Under the pieces are notes generated by a model, which was given only the letters and a program-made list of their open reading frames with translations, did no database searches and was not told where the DNA came from. A program made the position numbers and the translations under genes. A DNA stretch of 50,562 bases from Candidatus Moranbacteria bacterium CG_4_9_14_3_um_filter_44_28 (GTDB lineage Bacteria > Patescibacteriota > Minisyncoccia > Moranbacterales > UBA11712): positions 1 to 50,562 of the forward strand of contig PFVO01000042.1 of assembly GCA_002790655.1 (NCBI GenBank), read 5' to 3'. Below are positions 1 to 8,919 of the stretch, in pieces (the stretch's first letter is position 1; each line of letters opens with the position of its first letter).

Positions 1-184
1 ATTAGAGGAAAAAGGAGTCAACCTAAACCAAGGAGCTGAATCATTATTATCTTACCTTTTAGCCCGCCTTTCTTTCAAAGACTAGATCCAGCGCTTCCTG
101 CTTTTGCGAGAAATGAGTACTTGACACATACTGATTCGTCTGCTGAATTATAGTTTTAACATTGTTTATAATAAATTAAATTTT

Positions 185-427
185 ATGGATTACCTAGCAA
201 CTCATCAATGGATTTTATTCGCCGTCATTCTCTGGGCTCTTCCCTGGAAAGGTGTTGCGCTTTGGAGGGCGGCGCGAAGAAGGGATATCGGCTGGTTCAT
301 CGCCATTCTGATTCTCAATACTCTGGCAATTCTTGAAATAATTTATATTTTCTTTGTTTCCCGAAAGCCGCAAGCCGATATAGAATCACTCGGTGAAAAC
401 CAGCCCGTAAAAAAGAAAGTTATCTGA
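185..427 (+). CDS. Small two-TM membrane protein (resembles the DUF5652-type small membrane proteins of Patescibacteria, recalled from memory)
   Basis: 80-aa ORF with two hydrophobic helices (WILFAVILWALPW ; WFIAILILNTLAILEIIYIFFV) separated by a basic loop (WRAARRRD). No enzymatic motif. Confidence 0.5.
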   Translation: MDYLATHQWILFAVILWALPWKGVALWRAARRRDIGWFIAILILNTLAILEIIYIFFVSRKPQADIESLGENQPVKKKVI

Positions 428-431
428 CCTA

Positions 432-460
432 TTGACATTTGCCAAAGAAATTATTAGTAT
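432..460 (+). promoter_or_regulatory. Sigma70-like promoter candidate for groES (TTGACA-17 nt-TAGTAT)
   Basis: TTGACA at 432-437, a 17-nt spacer, then TAGTAT at 455-460, about 45 nt upstream of the groES ATG. AT-rich background raises the false-positive risk. No CIRCE inverted repeat seen. Confidence 0.4.
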
Positions 461-506
461 TTATATTTAGAAACAACAATTCGGCTAATAAATAAATTTT
501 CCATTT

Positions 507-779
507 ATGTCTAAGCCAAAAATCCAGCCCTTGGGCGAAAACGTGCTTGTTGAGCCGGCAAAATCAGACGCCAAAACCGCTTCGGGAATTGTTCTTCCCG
601 ATACCAGCGAAGAAAAACCGCAGGAGGGAACTATAATCGCCATTGGAGATGACAAAAAAATCAGAGCAAAGCCCGGACAAAAAGTGATTTACTCAAAGTA
701 TTCCGGAAATGAGATTAAGGTAGAAGAAAAGGAATACCTGCTCGTGAAAAACGAAGATATTCTGGCAATTGTGAGATAG
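507..779 (+). CDS. groES: Co-chaperonin GroES (Cpn10)
   Basis: 90 aa. IQPLGENVLVEP, GIVLPD..EKPQEGTIIAIG and YLLVKNEDILAIV match the Cpn10 fold signature and size. Confidence 0.93.
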   Translation: MSKPKIQPLGENVLVEPAKSDAKTASGIVLPDTSEEKPQEGTIIAIGDDKKIRAKPGQKVIYSKYSGNEIKVEEKEYLLVKNEDILAIVR

Positions 780-802
780 CCCTCTCTGCCGGCTAACAAC
801 TC

Positions 803-1633
803 CTATCTGCCGCTTTCTATTTTTCCTCCCGCACTTTTCCATTCTTCAATTCCGCCTTCCATTTGATATACACTGAAAAGATTCAAATCAAAAAGAATTG
901 ACGCTGCCTGATAACCTTCAGCCTCGTTTCCGCCATAAATGATTATCTTCTTCGCGACCGGAATTTCTTTTTTTCGCGTCTCGATTTCCGCGAGAGGAAT
1001 GTTAACGGCTCGGATTATGTGCTCGCGGGAAAAATCGCTTTTGCTCCTAACATCAAGAAACTGAATGGCATCCGGGTTCATTTCGGATTCTTTTTCAATG
1101 CCGGCAATCGAAATTCTTTTCACCTTCGAGCTGTTTCCGCCCGAGGCTCCCGACGAAATCAGCGGATAGCCTAGATCTCTCCAGCCGGAAATCCCTCCTT
1201 GGAGATATTTGCAGTTCACAAATCCCAAATCCAGCAGACGATTGACAAGGGAAGCCACGCTTTCCAAATCATCGCCGCTTCCAACAACAATAATGTCCGA
1301 CGTTTTTTGAATCTCCGGCAAACCGGAAATTTCCGCACCGGCCTTGCCCGCCTCAACATTAATTGAAGCTTCTATGTGGCCGTGGCTGAAATCGGAAACG
1401 CTGTTTGCGTCAAGAATGAATAATTTTGATCCATTTTTTATTTTTTTGAATAAATCTTGAGCGGAAATAGAGGGAGCTTTTATAATTTCCTCGCTGATTT
1501 TTTGCTCTTCGCGCTGGTTTCTTTTCTCGGCCGACTCGAAAACGAACGGCTTCAGCAAAAACCAGGCAATGACAAAAATTATAAGAACGAATCCAACAAT
1601 GAATATTCTCTGCTGTTCTTTTTCGCATCTCAT
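803..1633 (-). CDS. Membrane-anchored tandem rhodanese-homology-domain protein (both active-site loops lack Cys)
   Basis: N-terminal TM (IFIVGFVLIIFVIAWFLL) followed by two rhodanese-like modules (FILDANSVSDFSHGHIEASINV...IIVVGSGDD ; QFLDVRSKSDFSREHIIRAVNIP...KIIIYGGNE...GGIEEWKSAG). Confidence 0.75.
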   Translation of the reverse strand: MRCEKEQQRIFIVGFVLIIFVIAWFLLKPFVFESAEKRNQREEQKISEEIIKAPSISAQDLFKKIKNGSKLFILDANSVSDFSHGHIEASINVEAGKAGAEISGLPEIQKTSDIIVVGSGDDLESVASLVNRLLDLGFVNCKYLQGGISGWRDLGYPLISSGASGGNSSKVKRISIAGIEKESEMNPDAIQFLDVRSKSDFSREHIIRAVNIPLAEIETRKKEIPVAKKIIIYGGNEAEGYQAASILFDLNLFSVYQMEGGIEEWKSAGGKIESGR

Positions 1634-1637
1634 GGGT

Positions 1638-2597
1638 TCAGCCTCCTAAATTAATTCCTATAAAATTCTGGTTTCCCCGGATGAAGTCATTAATACTCAT
1701 TGGCTTTTTGCCTTCCAGCTGAATTTTTTTTAGCAAAATCAAACCCTTTCCTGTTTGTACGCCAACGTCCTGACCATATTTTACAACCTCGCCCGGTTTT
1801 TTTCCAGCGCTGGCTTTCTGTTCGGCAGAAATACTGATTAATTTCAGTCTGAACAGGCGTCCGTTTTTGTCATAAGAAGTAAAAATTCCCGGCCAGGGCT
1901 GATAGGCCCGGTGCTTGCGGTATATTTCTTCGGCTGGCTCACTCCAGTTGATTCTCCCGTCCTTGCGCCCGATAGGCTTGCAATATGTTGCTTTCGTCTC
2001 GTCCGGCGGCTGCGGTTTGATCTCTCCCGAAATCCAATCGGGAACAAATCCAACAAGCATCTTCGCTCCCAGCCTGCCCAATTTCCCCAGAAGATTTTTT
2101 GCTGTTTCGCTTTCGCCGACCTGAATTTTTTCCTGCATCAAAACATCGCCCTTGTCCATTTTTTCATTCATGAGCATCAGGGTAACTCCCGTTTCTTTTT
2201 CGCCGCCAAGAATTGCGCCCTGCACCGGCGACGCGCCGCGATATTTCGGAAGAAGAGACGCATGCACGTTGACAGAGCCGTAACGCGGAATTTTGAGAAT
2301 TTCTTTCGGCAAAATTTTTCCATAAGCGGCAACAATAATCAAATCCACCCCAATTTCTCTAATTTTTCCAATCAAACTTTCGTTCCGCAAATTTTCCGGC
2401 TGAAAAATTTTGATCTTTTTTCCAAACGCCAGCTTTTTCACCGGCGAAAAAATCGTTTCCTGTTTTCGGCCGATTTTTTTGTCCGGTTGCGTAAAAACAG
2501 CAACGACATTAAACCCGTTTTTTATCAGAGCTTTTAGGATAACCGCCGCAAAATCAGACGTTCCGAAAAAAATAATTTTTTTATTTCTTTTCTTCAT
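1638..2597 (-). CDS. fmt: Methionyl-tRNA formyltransferase
   Basis: IIFFGTSDFA N-terminus and the NVHASLLPKYRGASPVQ formyltransferase motif. Has the C-terminal Fmt domain. Lies immediately downstream of def with a 17-nt overlap. Confidence 0.93.
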   Translation of the reverse strand: MKKRNKKIIFFGTSDFAAVILKALIKNGFNVVAVFTQPDKKIGRKQETIFSPVKKLAFGKKIKIFQPENLRNESLIGKIREIGVDLIIVAAYGKILPKEILKIPRYGSVNVHASLLPKYRGASPVQGAILGGEKETGVTLMLMNEKMDKGDVLMQEKIQVGESETAKNLLGKLGRLGAKMLVGFVPDWISGEIKPQPPDETKATYCKPIGRKDGRINWSEPAEEIYRKHRAYQPWPGIFTSYDKNGRLFRLKLISISAEQKASAGKKPGEVVKYGQDVGVQTGKGLILLKKIQLEGKKPMSINDFIRGNQNFIGINLGG

Positions 2598-3036
2598 ATT
2601 TTACCGCTCGATCAATCACCAAAATCCCGTCTAAATGATCAATTTCATGCTGTAAAACCCGCGCCAAAAGCCCTTCGGCTTTGATTTTGATTTTTTTGCC
2701 GCTTAGGTCTCTGGCTTTTATTTTCACCTTCACCGGCCGCTCGACCGGAAAAAATTTTCCCGGAAAACTCAAACATCCCTCTTCAAAAATTTCTTTTTTT
2801 CGCGATTTGGATTTTATTTTCGGATTAATTAAAATATGGGGAACATTGTCCACCTTGGCGACGCAAATCCGGAGATCCGAACTGACCTGCGGCGCGGCCA
2901 ATCCGATTCCTTTTTCGGCTTCCATTACTTTCATCATACCGGAAACCAGCCGAGTCAGTTTCGAGTCTTTGAAATCATTGACTTCCCGCGTTTTTTTGCG
3001 AAGAAAATCGTTGGGGTATTTGAGAATTTTTAGCAT
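2581..3036 (-). CDS. def: Peptide deformylase
   Basis: All three PDF motifs are present: GIGLAAPQV, EGCLSFPG, QHEIDHLDG. Confidence 0.95.
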   Translation of the reverse strand: MLKILKYPNDFLRKKTREVNDFKDSKLTRLVSGMMKVMEAEKGIGLAAPQVSSDLRICVAKVDNVPHILINPKIKSKSRKKEIFEEGCLSFPGKFFPVERPVKVKIKARDLSGKKIKIKAEGLLARVLQHEIDHLDGILVIDRAVKYEEKK

Positions 3037-3040
3037 ATAT

Positions 3041-4984
3041 TTATATCGTGCTTATTGGATCAACGTCAACCGTCCAGCCTTTTCTCAAGCCGCCTATTAT
3101 CGGATATAGCGGCAGTTTTTCAAGCTTTTTACCGCACGGAATTTTTATCAAAATGTTTTTATAGAAATAACCTCTTTTTTTCGAGGCGGGCGGTTCATAC
3201 GGCTCGGAAACTTCTATTTCATTATTGCCAGCCGCCGCAAGCAAGTCAAATACCTCTTTTGTTTCTTTTTCAGTCTTCTTCTTTGAATTGTCCCGATAAA
3301 ATAATTTCACGATCCCCGAGAAAGGAGGATAAAAAAGTTTTTTTCGCAACTTGATTTCATTTTTATAAAAATCCCGATAGCTTTTCGAATTCAGATAGTC
3401 AAGAACTTCCTCTTTCGGTGAAAAGGTTTGTACAAGGAATCGGCCGGTCTCTTTCACTAAATTTTTGGCTTGTCTGAAATTGGAAAGCGCCTGCTCCATT
3501 GAATTGAAATCGGCGAGATGAAGATGCTCCTGCGCCGAAACAACACCGACCAGATCAAAATCAAAAAATCCGCCTAGCTTCAAAGCTATTTGAGTGCCAA
3601 TAATTATATCAATTTCCCCGTTTTTTAATTTTTCCCTGAATTCCTCGTATTTTTTGACGGATTTTACATTATCAATGTCAAGGCGGATTACTCTGGCCGA
3701 AGGAAAAAGCCTTTTGATTTTCCGCTCAACGAGCTGGGTCCCGATTCCAAGATGGGAAAACTGAAAACCGCCGCAATTCGGACAAAAACTGAAAAGGTCC
3801 GACCGAAACGGACAATGAAGGCAACGATAGCTGTGAGAATCTTCGAAATAGACAACGGGCCGGTCGCATTGGGGACATTTCAAAATGCTTTGGCAGTTTT
3901 GACAAACGGAAAACGTTGAATAACCGCGGCGTTTGGCAAGCAGCAATATCTTTTTTTTCCCGTCCAGCGCCCGGGAAATGCTTTCGTAAAGTTTTTTTGA
4001 AACAGGGAAGTCCGGATTGTTTCTTTCCCGATACAAGTCTGCGATTTCTGTCTTTTTTTCTTCTCCGGCGCTTTTTTCCATATTCAGTATCCGCCATTTT
4101 TCTTTTTCAGCTTTCCAAAAAGTTTCGATCGACGGGCTGAAGCTTTCCAAAACTATTTTTGCGTCCCATAAACCAGCCAGGATTTCAGCCGCCCTCACCG
4201 CGCTATAGCGGGGATTCATATTCCATTGTTTGTGGGAAATATCCTGTTCCTCTTCGAGAATCACCAGTCCCAGTTTTGAAAAAGAAAGAAGCACTCCCAG
4301 TTTAGTCGCTACAACAATTTTTATTTTCCCTTCCCTGATTTTTTTCCACAAGTAAAAAAATTGTCCTTTGGAAATTCTCCCGTGAACAAGCGCGATCTCT
4401 TCATCCGGAAAATACTCCTGGAATTTTCTTCGCATTTCATAGGAATAGTATATTTCCGGAACAAGAATAAGGCATTGTTTTCCCGTTTTCGCAACCCTGG
4501 AAACTAGCGACAAATTTAGATTTAATCTTTTTCCGGCAGAGCCGATAACTAAAAATTTTTTGTTTTTACTATTTAATACAATTTTAGCCTCTTTTATATA
4601 AGAAAACTTATTTTTACTAAAAATCTTCCTGATTTTTTCTTTTTTCTTTTTTATATTTAATATTTTTTCCGGCGTCATCAACTTCAAAAAAATCCCAAGC
4701 GGCGATAGATAATGATTTGATAATTTCTTCGCCAATTCAATCTGCCACTCGGAAAGCATTTTTTCTTCGACAACTGAATTAATTTTTTTCAATTTTATTC
4801 CGCCCGTTCGGGGAAAATCTTTTTTCGAGGAGACGACAATGCCCTGAATAATTCTCCGATGGAAGGGAATATTTGCCAAAGTTCCGATTGGAAGGGTTTT
4901 GTCGCATAAATACGAAAAAACCTGCGTTTTCAGAATCGGCAGGCGGACGAGGGGAGCGACTTGAATGATAAAATTCTTTTTCAT
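3041..4984 (-). CDS. priA: Primosomal protein N' (PriA helicase), with divergent motif I/II
   Basis: 647 aa. PriA-type N-terminus, helicase core (KQCLILVPEI, IVVATKLG, IIIGTQ) and the characteristic Cys-rich zinc region CQNCQ..CPQCD..CLHCP..CPNCGG. Walker A reads GSAGKR and motif II reads EEEQ. Confidence 0.85.
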   Translation of the reverse strand: MKKNFIIQVAPLVRLPILKTQVFSYLCDKTLPIGTLANIPFHRRIIQGIVVSSKKDFPRTGGIKLKKINSVVEEKMLSEWQIELAKKLSNHYLSPLGIFLKLMTPEKILNIKKKKEKIRKIFSKNKFSYIKEAKIVLNSKNKKFLVIGSAGKRLNLNLSLVSRVAKTGKQCLILVPEIYYSYEMRRKFQEYFPDEEIALVHGRISKGQFFYLWKKIREGKIKIVVATKLGVLLSFSKLGLVILEEEQDISHKQWNMNPRYSAVRAAEILAGLWDAKIVLESFSPSIETFWKAEKEKWRILNMEKSAGEEKKTEIADLYRERNNPDFPVSKKLYESISRALDGKKKILLLAKRRGYSTFSVCQNCQSILKCPQCDRPVVYFEDSHSYRCLHCPFRSDLFSFCPNCGGFQFSHLGIGTQLVERKIKRLFPSARVIRLDIDNVKSVKKYEEFREKLKNGEIDIIIGTQIALKLGGFFDFDLVGVVSAQEHLHLADFNSMEQALSNFRQAKNLVKETGRFLVQTFSPKEEVLDYLNSKSYRDFYKNEIKLRKKLFYPPFSGIVKLFYRDNSKKKTEKETKEVFDLLAAAGNNEIEVSEPYEPPASKKRGYFYKNILIKIPCGKKLEKLPLYPIIGGLRKGWTVDVDPISTI

Positions 4985-5517
4985 TGTGAATACTTTTCAA
5001 CGGAAAACTTATAGATTTCTATGCTTTTTTCTGTTTCTGGACTTATTCCGCCTTTTTGGCAGGCAATTGCGAGCTGCTGTTCGACTGTGTCAATTCCTTC
5101 AAGATTGGGGAGCAACAATCCGCACCGGCCATCGGGACATTTCACAATAACACCGTATTTTTTCGGGTCAAGTTCACTCATATCAGAAATCTTTTCAGAT
5201 TCACTCAACAAACTAATTTCGACCGACAAGTCAGCTAATTCATCAACCGAAATTGGAACAAACCGGTGATCCCTGGAACAGGCGGAGACCGCATTCATAA
5301 TAATTTCTTCCGCCAAATTTTTATGGGCTGGCAAATATGTCCCGATACATCCCCGCAGTTCTTTGTTTTTATGCAAACTCACGAAAACTCCGTGATTTTT
5401 TTCATAAAATTCCGGCGGCAAATTTTCAGAAATATCAATAATTTTTCCGGTTTTTATGTATTCCTCAATCGTGTATTTGGCTAGCTGAACATGGAAGCTC
5501 ATGAAAAAGATGTTCAA
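4981..5517 (-). CDS. AMMECR1-domain protein (AmmeMemoRadiSam system protein A-like)
   Basis: 178 aa. GVFVSLHKN.ELRGCIGT and PGVIV...GLLLP-type AMMECR1 signature (GVIVKCPDGRCGLLLPNL). 4-nt overlap with the priA start. Confidence 0.85.
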   Translation of the reverse strand: MNIFFMSFHVQLAKYTIEEYIKTGKIIDISENLPPEFYEKNHGVFVSLHKNKELRGCIGTYLPAHKNLAEEIIMNAVSACSRDHRFVPISVDELADLSVEISLLSESEKISDMSELDPKKYGVIVKCPDGRCGLLLPNLEGIDTVEQQLAIACQKGGISPETEKSIEIYKFSVEKYSQ

Positions 5518-5626
5518 TTTTAATTTCTAGTTTTGAATTTCGATTGAAACTTGAATGACTTAGTACTTTAATTAAAAATTAAATCATTAAGAATTGATTC
5601 AAAATTCGAAATTCTAAATTCATAAT

Positions 5627-6424
5627 TCACTTTATATTCAAACTCGCCACCATATATCCTACCCCAAACGGTGCTTCGTAGCTCAAAGATTTTACCTCCC
5701 AGCGAAGACCAGAAAGCGCTCCGAGAAGAATCACTATGGAGCGCAAACCGCATTCACCAGCCTCTTCGATAAGCTCCTGATCCAAATTAAGAATCCCTTT
5801 TATATTTTTCTGCTGAATCAATTCTGTCAATTTTTTGTCAAAAACCCTTCCTCGCGGAGAATAGCCGGCCGGCGCCTCCGGCGTCACCCGATGCGAAAGG
5901 TCCCCGCTGGCGATGAAAGAGATTATTTTCGGCGAACTTTGCAAAACCTTTCCCAATACTTCGCCAAATCTAAAATGATAATCAAGCGGCAGCATTGAAA
6001 AGGACATATGAATTAATCCGGGATTATAGCTCAAATCTTTTTCGCTGATCAAATAATACAACGGGACAAGCGCTCCGTGATCAAGCTCCAATTCTCTGGC
6101 GAGGCCAACCGGCAAACGGGCCGCTCGGCCGCTTGCCGCAATCTCATCAATCAGCTCCCGGTCATTCTCAAAAACAAATTTTCGCTGATCCCCAAACTGG
6201 CCCAAATCCCCGCGAAGGGTGGGGGAATAATTGATAACAAACTTATCATACTGAACCGGCCCATGGGGTGAGACAAGAACAATCGTATCCGCTTTCACCG
6301 CCCGAAACTTTTCACCAGCTGCTTTCATCGCGTTTACGGTTTTCCGGCACAAATTCAAGTTGCTCCGGCCAATAGTCGAGATTATGATAGGCGGATGGGG
6401 AGTGATAGCGGCGAATCTAATCAT
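5627..6424 (-). CDS. Class III extradiol dioxygenase subunit-B-like (LigB/DODA fold) protein
   Basis: Start trimmed to the internal ATG (MIRFAAITPHPP), which forms an ATGA overlap with the upstream radical-SAM stop. Motifs: PHPPII, LVSPHGP, LDHGALVPLYYL, ASGDLSHR. The longer track ORF (to 6559) overlaps the upstream gene. Confidence 0.75.
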   Translation of the reverse strand: MIRFAAITPHPPIIISTIGRSNLNLCRKTVNAMKAAGEKFRAVKADTIVLVSPHGPVQYDKFVINYSPTLRGDLGQFGDQRKFVFENDRELIDEIAASGRAARLPVGLARELELDHGALVPLYYLISEKDLSYNPGLIHMSFSMLPLDYHFRFGEVLGKVLQSSPKIISFIASGDLSHRVTPEAPAGYSPRGRVFDKKLTELIQQKNIKGILNLDQELIEEAGECGLRSIVILLGALSGLRWEVKSLSYEAPFGVGYMVASLNIK

Positions 6425-7353
6425 ATATTTCCCATATGAACGTATTTCAGTCCGGCTGATTTTCCGATTTCGTAAGCTTTTTTTATTTTTCCAATTGGTG
6501 TTTCGGGAAGATGCTGAAGTTTCCACGAAATCGCGCCCGAAAAAGCGCTTACATGCCACGGGACAAAATCGCCCAACTTATTTTTGACGAAGCGGGCAAT
6601 TTTTTCAAGCATTTTTTCGTCATCAGATAGAGTCGGGATTATGAGCGTTGTTGTCTCAAGCCATATTTTGCTTTTCACAACTGCTTTGCAGTTTTCAAGA
6701 ACCGGCCCAAGCCGCGCCCCGCAATTTTCGCGATAGAACTTGTCGTCGAAGGATTTTATGTCAATATTTATCGCATCAAGATAGGGTATGATCAACTTGA
6801 GAGTTTCTCCGCTCATAAAGCCGTTGGAGACCCAAATATTCTTAAGCCCCGCCTTTTTAGCCAGCTTCATCGTGTCGAGCGCGTATTCCAAAAAAATAGT
6901 CGGCTCGGTATAAGTATAGGAAATACTGGGACAATTATTTTCTTTGGCAAGCCGGACAACTTTTTTCGGCGGCAAGTCTTCTCCGCTATTTTCAATCATC
7001 TCCCGGGCCACGTCGGGCGTTTTGCCAAATTGAGATATCGTCCAATTTTGACAATTGCCGCAGCGAAAGTTGCAACCGACGGTACTAATTGAGAAGGTAT
7101 AAGTCCCCGGCATAAAATGAAAAAGCGGCTTTTTTTCAATCGGGTCAATATTGGCCGCAATGGCCCGGCCGTAAACCAATAGGTATAATTTTCCGCCGAT
7201 ATTCTCCCGCACACCGCACGTCCCGCGTTTCCCGGGAGCAATCACACAGCGATGCGAGCAAGTCTGACATTTGACAACCTTATTTTTCACTTCTTTATAT
7301 AGAATTGATTCTTTCATTGCTTTATACTTTTCTCTTTGATACAATCTTAACAT
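6421..7353 (-). CDS. AmmeMemoRadiSam-system radical SAM enzyme
   Basis: CNFRCGNCQNW (CxxxCxxC SAM cluster) preceded by an N-terminal Cys-rich segment (KCQTCSHRCVIAPGKRGTCGVREN), as in this family. An alternative start is at 7317 (MKESILYKE). Confidence 0.85.
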   Translation of the reverse strand: MLRLYQREKYKAMKESILYKEVKNKVVKCQTCSHRCVIAPGKRGTCGVRENIGGKLYLLVYGRAIAANIDPIEKKPLFHFMPGTYTFSISTVGCNFRCGNCQNWTISQFGKTPDVAREMIENSGEDLPPKKVVRLAKENNCPSISYTYTEPTIFLEYALDTMKLAKKAGLKNIWVSNGFMSGETLKLIIPYLDAINIDIKSFDDKFYRENCGARLGPVLENCKAVVKSKIWLETTTLIIPTLSDDEKMLEKIARFVKNKLGDFVPWHVSAFSGAISWKLQHLPETPIGKIKKAYEIGKSAGLKYVHMGNI

Positions 7354-7382
7354 AAAGAAAGTCTAATTAAAAGACAATAAAT

Positions 7383-7607
7383 ATGCCAAAGATTGAAAAG
7401 GAGGACAAAAAAACATCCAATGTCATAAATTTAAAAGACCGAAGAGGTGAGACAAGAGTTGATGTATTTCAGCGTCTGCATGAGGAAATGGTTAATAATC
7501 CCGATTTCCAAAAAGAGATGAGGCAAAAAGATTTGGATCTGCTGAAAAAAATAGAAAACGAAAACCCTCCGCCAAACCTGCGAGTTATTAAAAGATGCAA
7601 AAAATAA
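7383..7607 (+). CDS. Hypothetical small charged protein
   Basis: 74-aa ORF in an otherwise empty gap just upstream of glyA. No recognisable motif. Confidence 0.35.
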   Translation: MPKIEKEDKKTSNVINLKDRRGETRVDVFQRLHEEMVNNPDFQKEMRQKDLDLLKKIENENPPPNLRVIKRCKK

Positions 7608-7623
7608 TTTTTAGTTTTTACAT

Positions 7624-8919
7624 ATGAGAGACCGCGATCGATTTTATAAACATGTCAGGGAGGAGGATAAGAAAATTTTCAGTGCAATCTCCGGCGAACT
7701 TGACCGCCAGCAGTGGGGACTCGAGATGATCCCGTCGGAATCATATGCCTCCCGGGCAGTGCTCGAAGCGATGGGGTCGGTGCTGAACAATAAATATTCC
7801 GAAGGATATCCCAAAAAACGCTACTATGGAGGCCAGAAATACGCGGATATCACCGAGCAGATTGCCATCAGGCGCGCAAAATCGCTCTTCAAGGTCACTC
7901 ACGCCAATGTCCAGCCGTATTCAGGGTCACCGGCCAATTTCGCGGCCCTAAACGCTGTATGTACGCCAGGCGATACGATAATGGGCATGGATCTGCGGTT
8001 CGGAGGCCACTTGACACATGGCTGGAAGGTCAGTGTAACCGGAAAATACTTTAATTCCATTCAATACACCACGGACAAAAACGGCTTTTTGAATTTTGAC
8101 GAAATTGAGAAATTAGCCAAAAAACACAAACCGAAAGTCATCATTTGCGGATATACGGCTTATCCTCGCGTGATAGACTTTCCAAGATTCGCAAAAATCT
8201 CCCGGCGTGTCGGGGCTTACCTTCTGGCTGACATTGCCCACATCGCCGGGCTTGTCGCTGCCGGCGTTCATCCCAGCCCGGTTGGCCACGCAGAAATTAT
8301 TACGACCACCACTCACAAAACTTTGCGCGGTCCGCGAGCAGGAATGATTATGTGCAATGGCAACCCGTCTGACCCACTGAAACCCGTCAAAAATCCAACC
8401 AAAAAAGATTTGCCGACTCTCATTGACCGCTCAATTTTCCCGGGTCTTCAGGGCGGACCGCATATGCACACCATCGCCGGTATCGCCGTCGCTTTGAAAG
8501 AAGCCTCGACAAAAGAATTTCGGGATTGGGCGAAACAAGTTGTGAAAAACGCGCAAAAACTCGCCGAAATTTTCAACACCCGCGGATTGCGGCTTTCAAC
8601 CGGCGGGACAGATAATCATCTGATTTTGATGGATGTCACACCTTTCAAAATAACCGGAAAAGAGGCTGAAGAAAGGCTGGACAGAATCGGCGTGACGCTC
8701 AACAAAAACATGATCCCCTATGATCCGCGCCCGCCCTTTGACCCGAGCGGCATCCGCCTCGGAACACCCTGCGTCACCATCCGCGGAATGAAAGAAAAAG
8801 AAATGGAAATTCTCGGAAACGCCATCGCCAATACGCTGGAAAGCAGGAAGAATATAAAAAAATCAGCCAAAATTGTGAAAGAATTATGCCGGGAGTTTCC
8901 GCTCTACAAAAATTTATGA
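7624..8919 (+). CDS. glyA: Serine hydroxymethyltransferase
   Basis: SEGYPKKRYYGG, VQPYSGSPANFAA and TTTTHKTLRGPRAG (PLP-lysine motif). Confidence 0.95.
   Translation: MRDRDRFYKHVREEDKKIFSAISGELDRQQWGLEMIPSESYASRAVLEAMGSVLNNKYSEGYPKKRYYGGQKYADITEQIAIRRAKSLFKVTHANVQPYSGSPANFAALNAVCTPGDTIMGMDLRFGGHLTHGWKVSVTGKYFNSIQYTTDKNGFLNFDEIEKLAKKHKPKVIICGYTAYPRVIDFPRFAKISRRVGAYLLADIAHIAGLVAAGVHPSPVGHAEIITTTTHKTLRGPRAGMIMCNGNPSDPLKPVKNPTKKDLPTLIDRSIFPGLQGGPHMHTIAGIAVALKEASTKEFRDWAKQVVKNAQKLAEIFNTRGLRLSTGGTDNHLILMDVTPFKITGKEAEERLDRIGVTLNKNMIPYDPRPPFDPSGIRLGTPCVTIRGMKEKEMEILGNAIANTLESRKNIKKSAKIVKELCREFPLYKNL

Noticed and set aside
2-85. Possible C-terminal fragment of a plus-strand gene at the window start (..LEEKGVNLNQGAESLLSYLLARLSFKD*).
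   Set aside because: Only 27 codons are visible with no recognisable motif, so it cannot be supported.
121-172. Promoter-like hexamers upstream of the first ORF (TTGACA at 121-126; TATAAT at 167-172).
   Set aside because: The two best hexamers are 40 nt apart, and the properly spaced partners are poor. AT-rich sequence gives many such matches.
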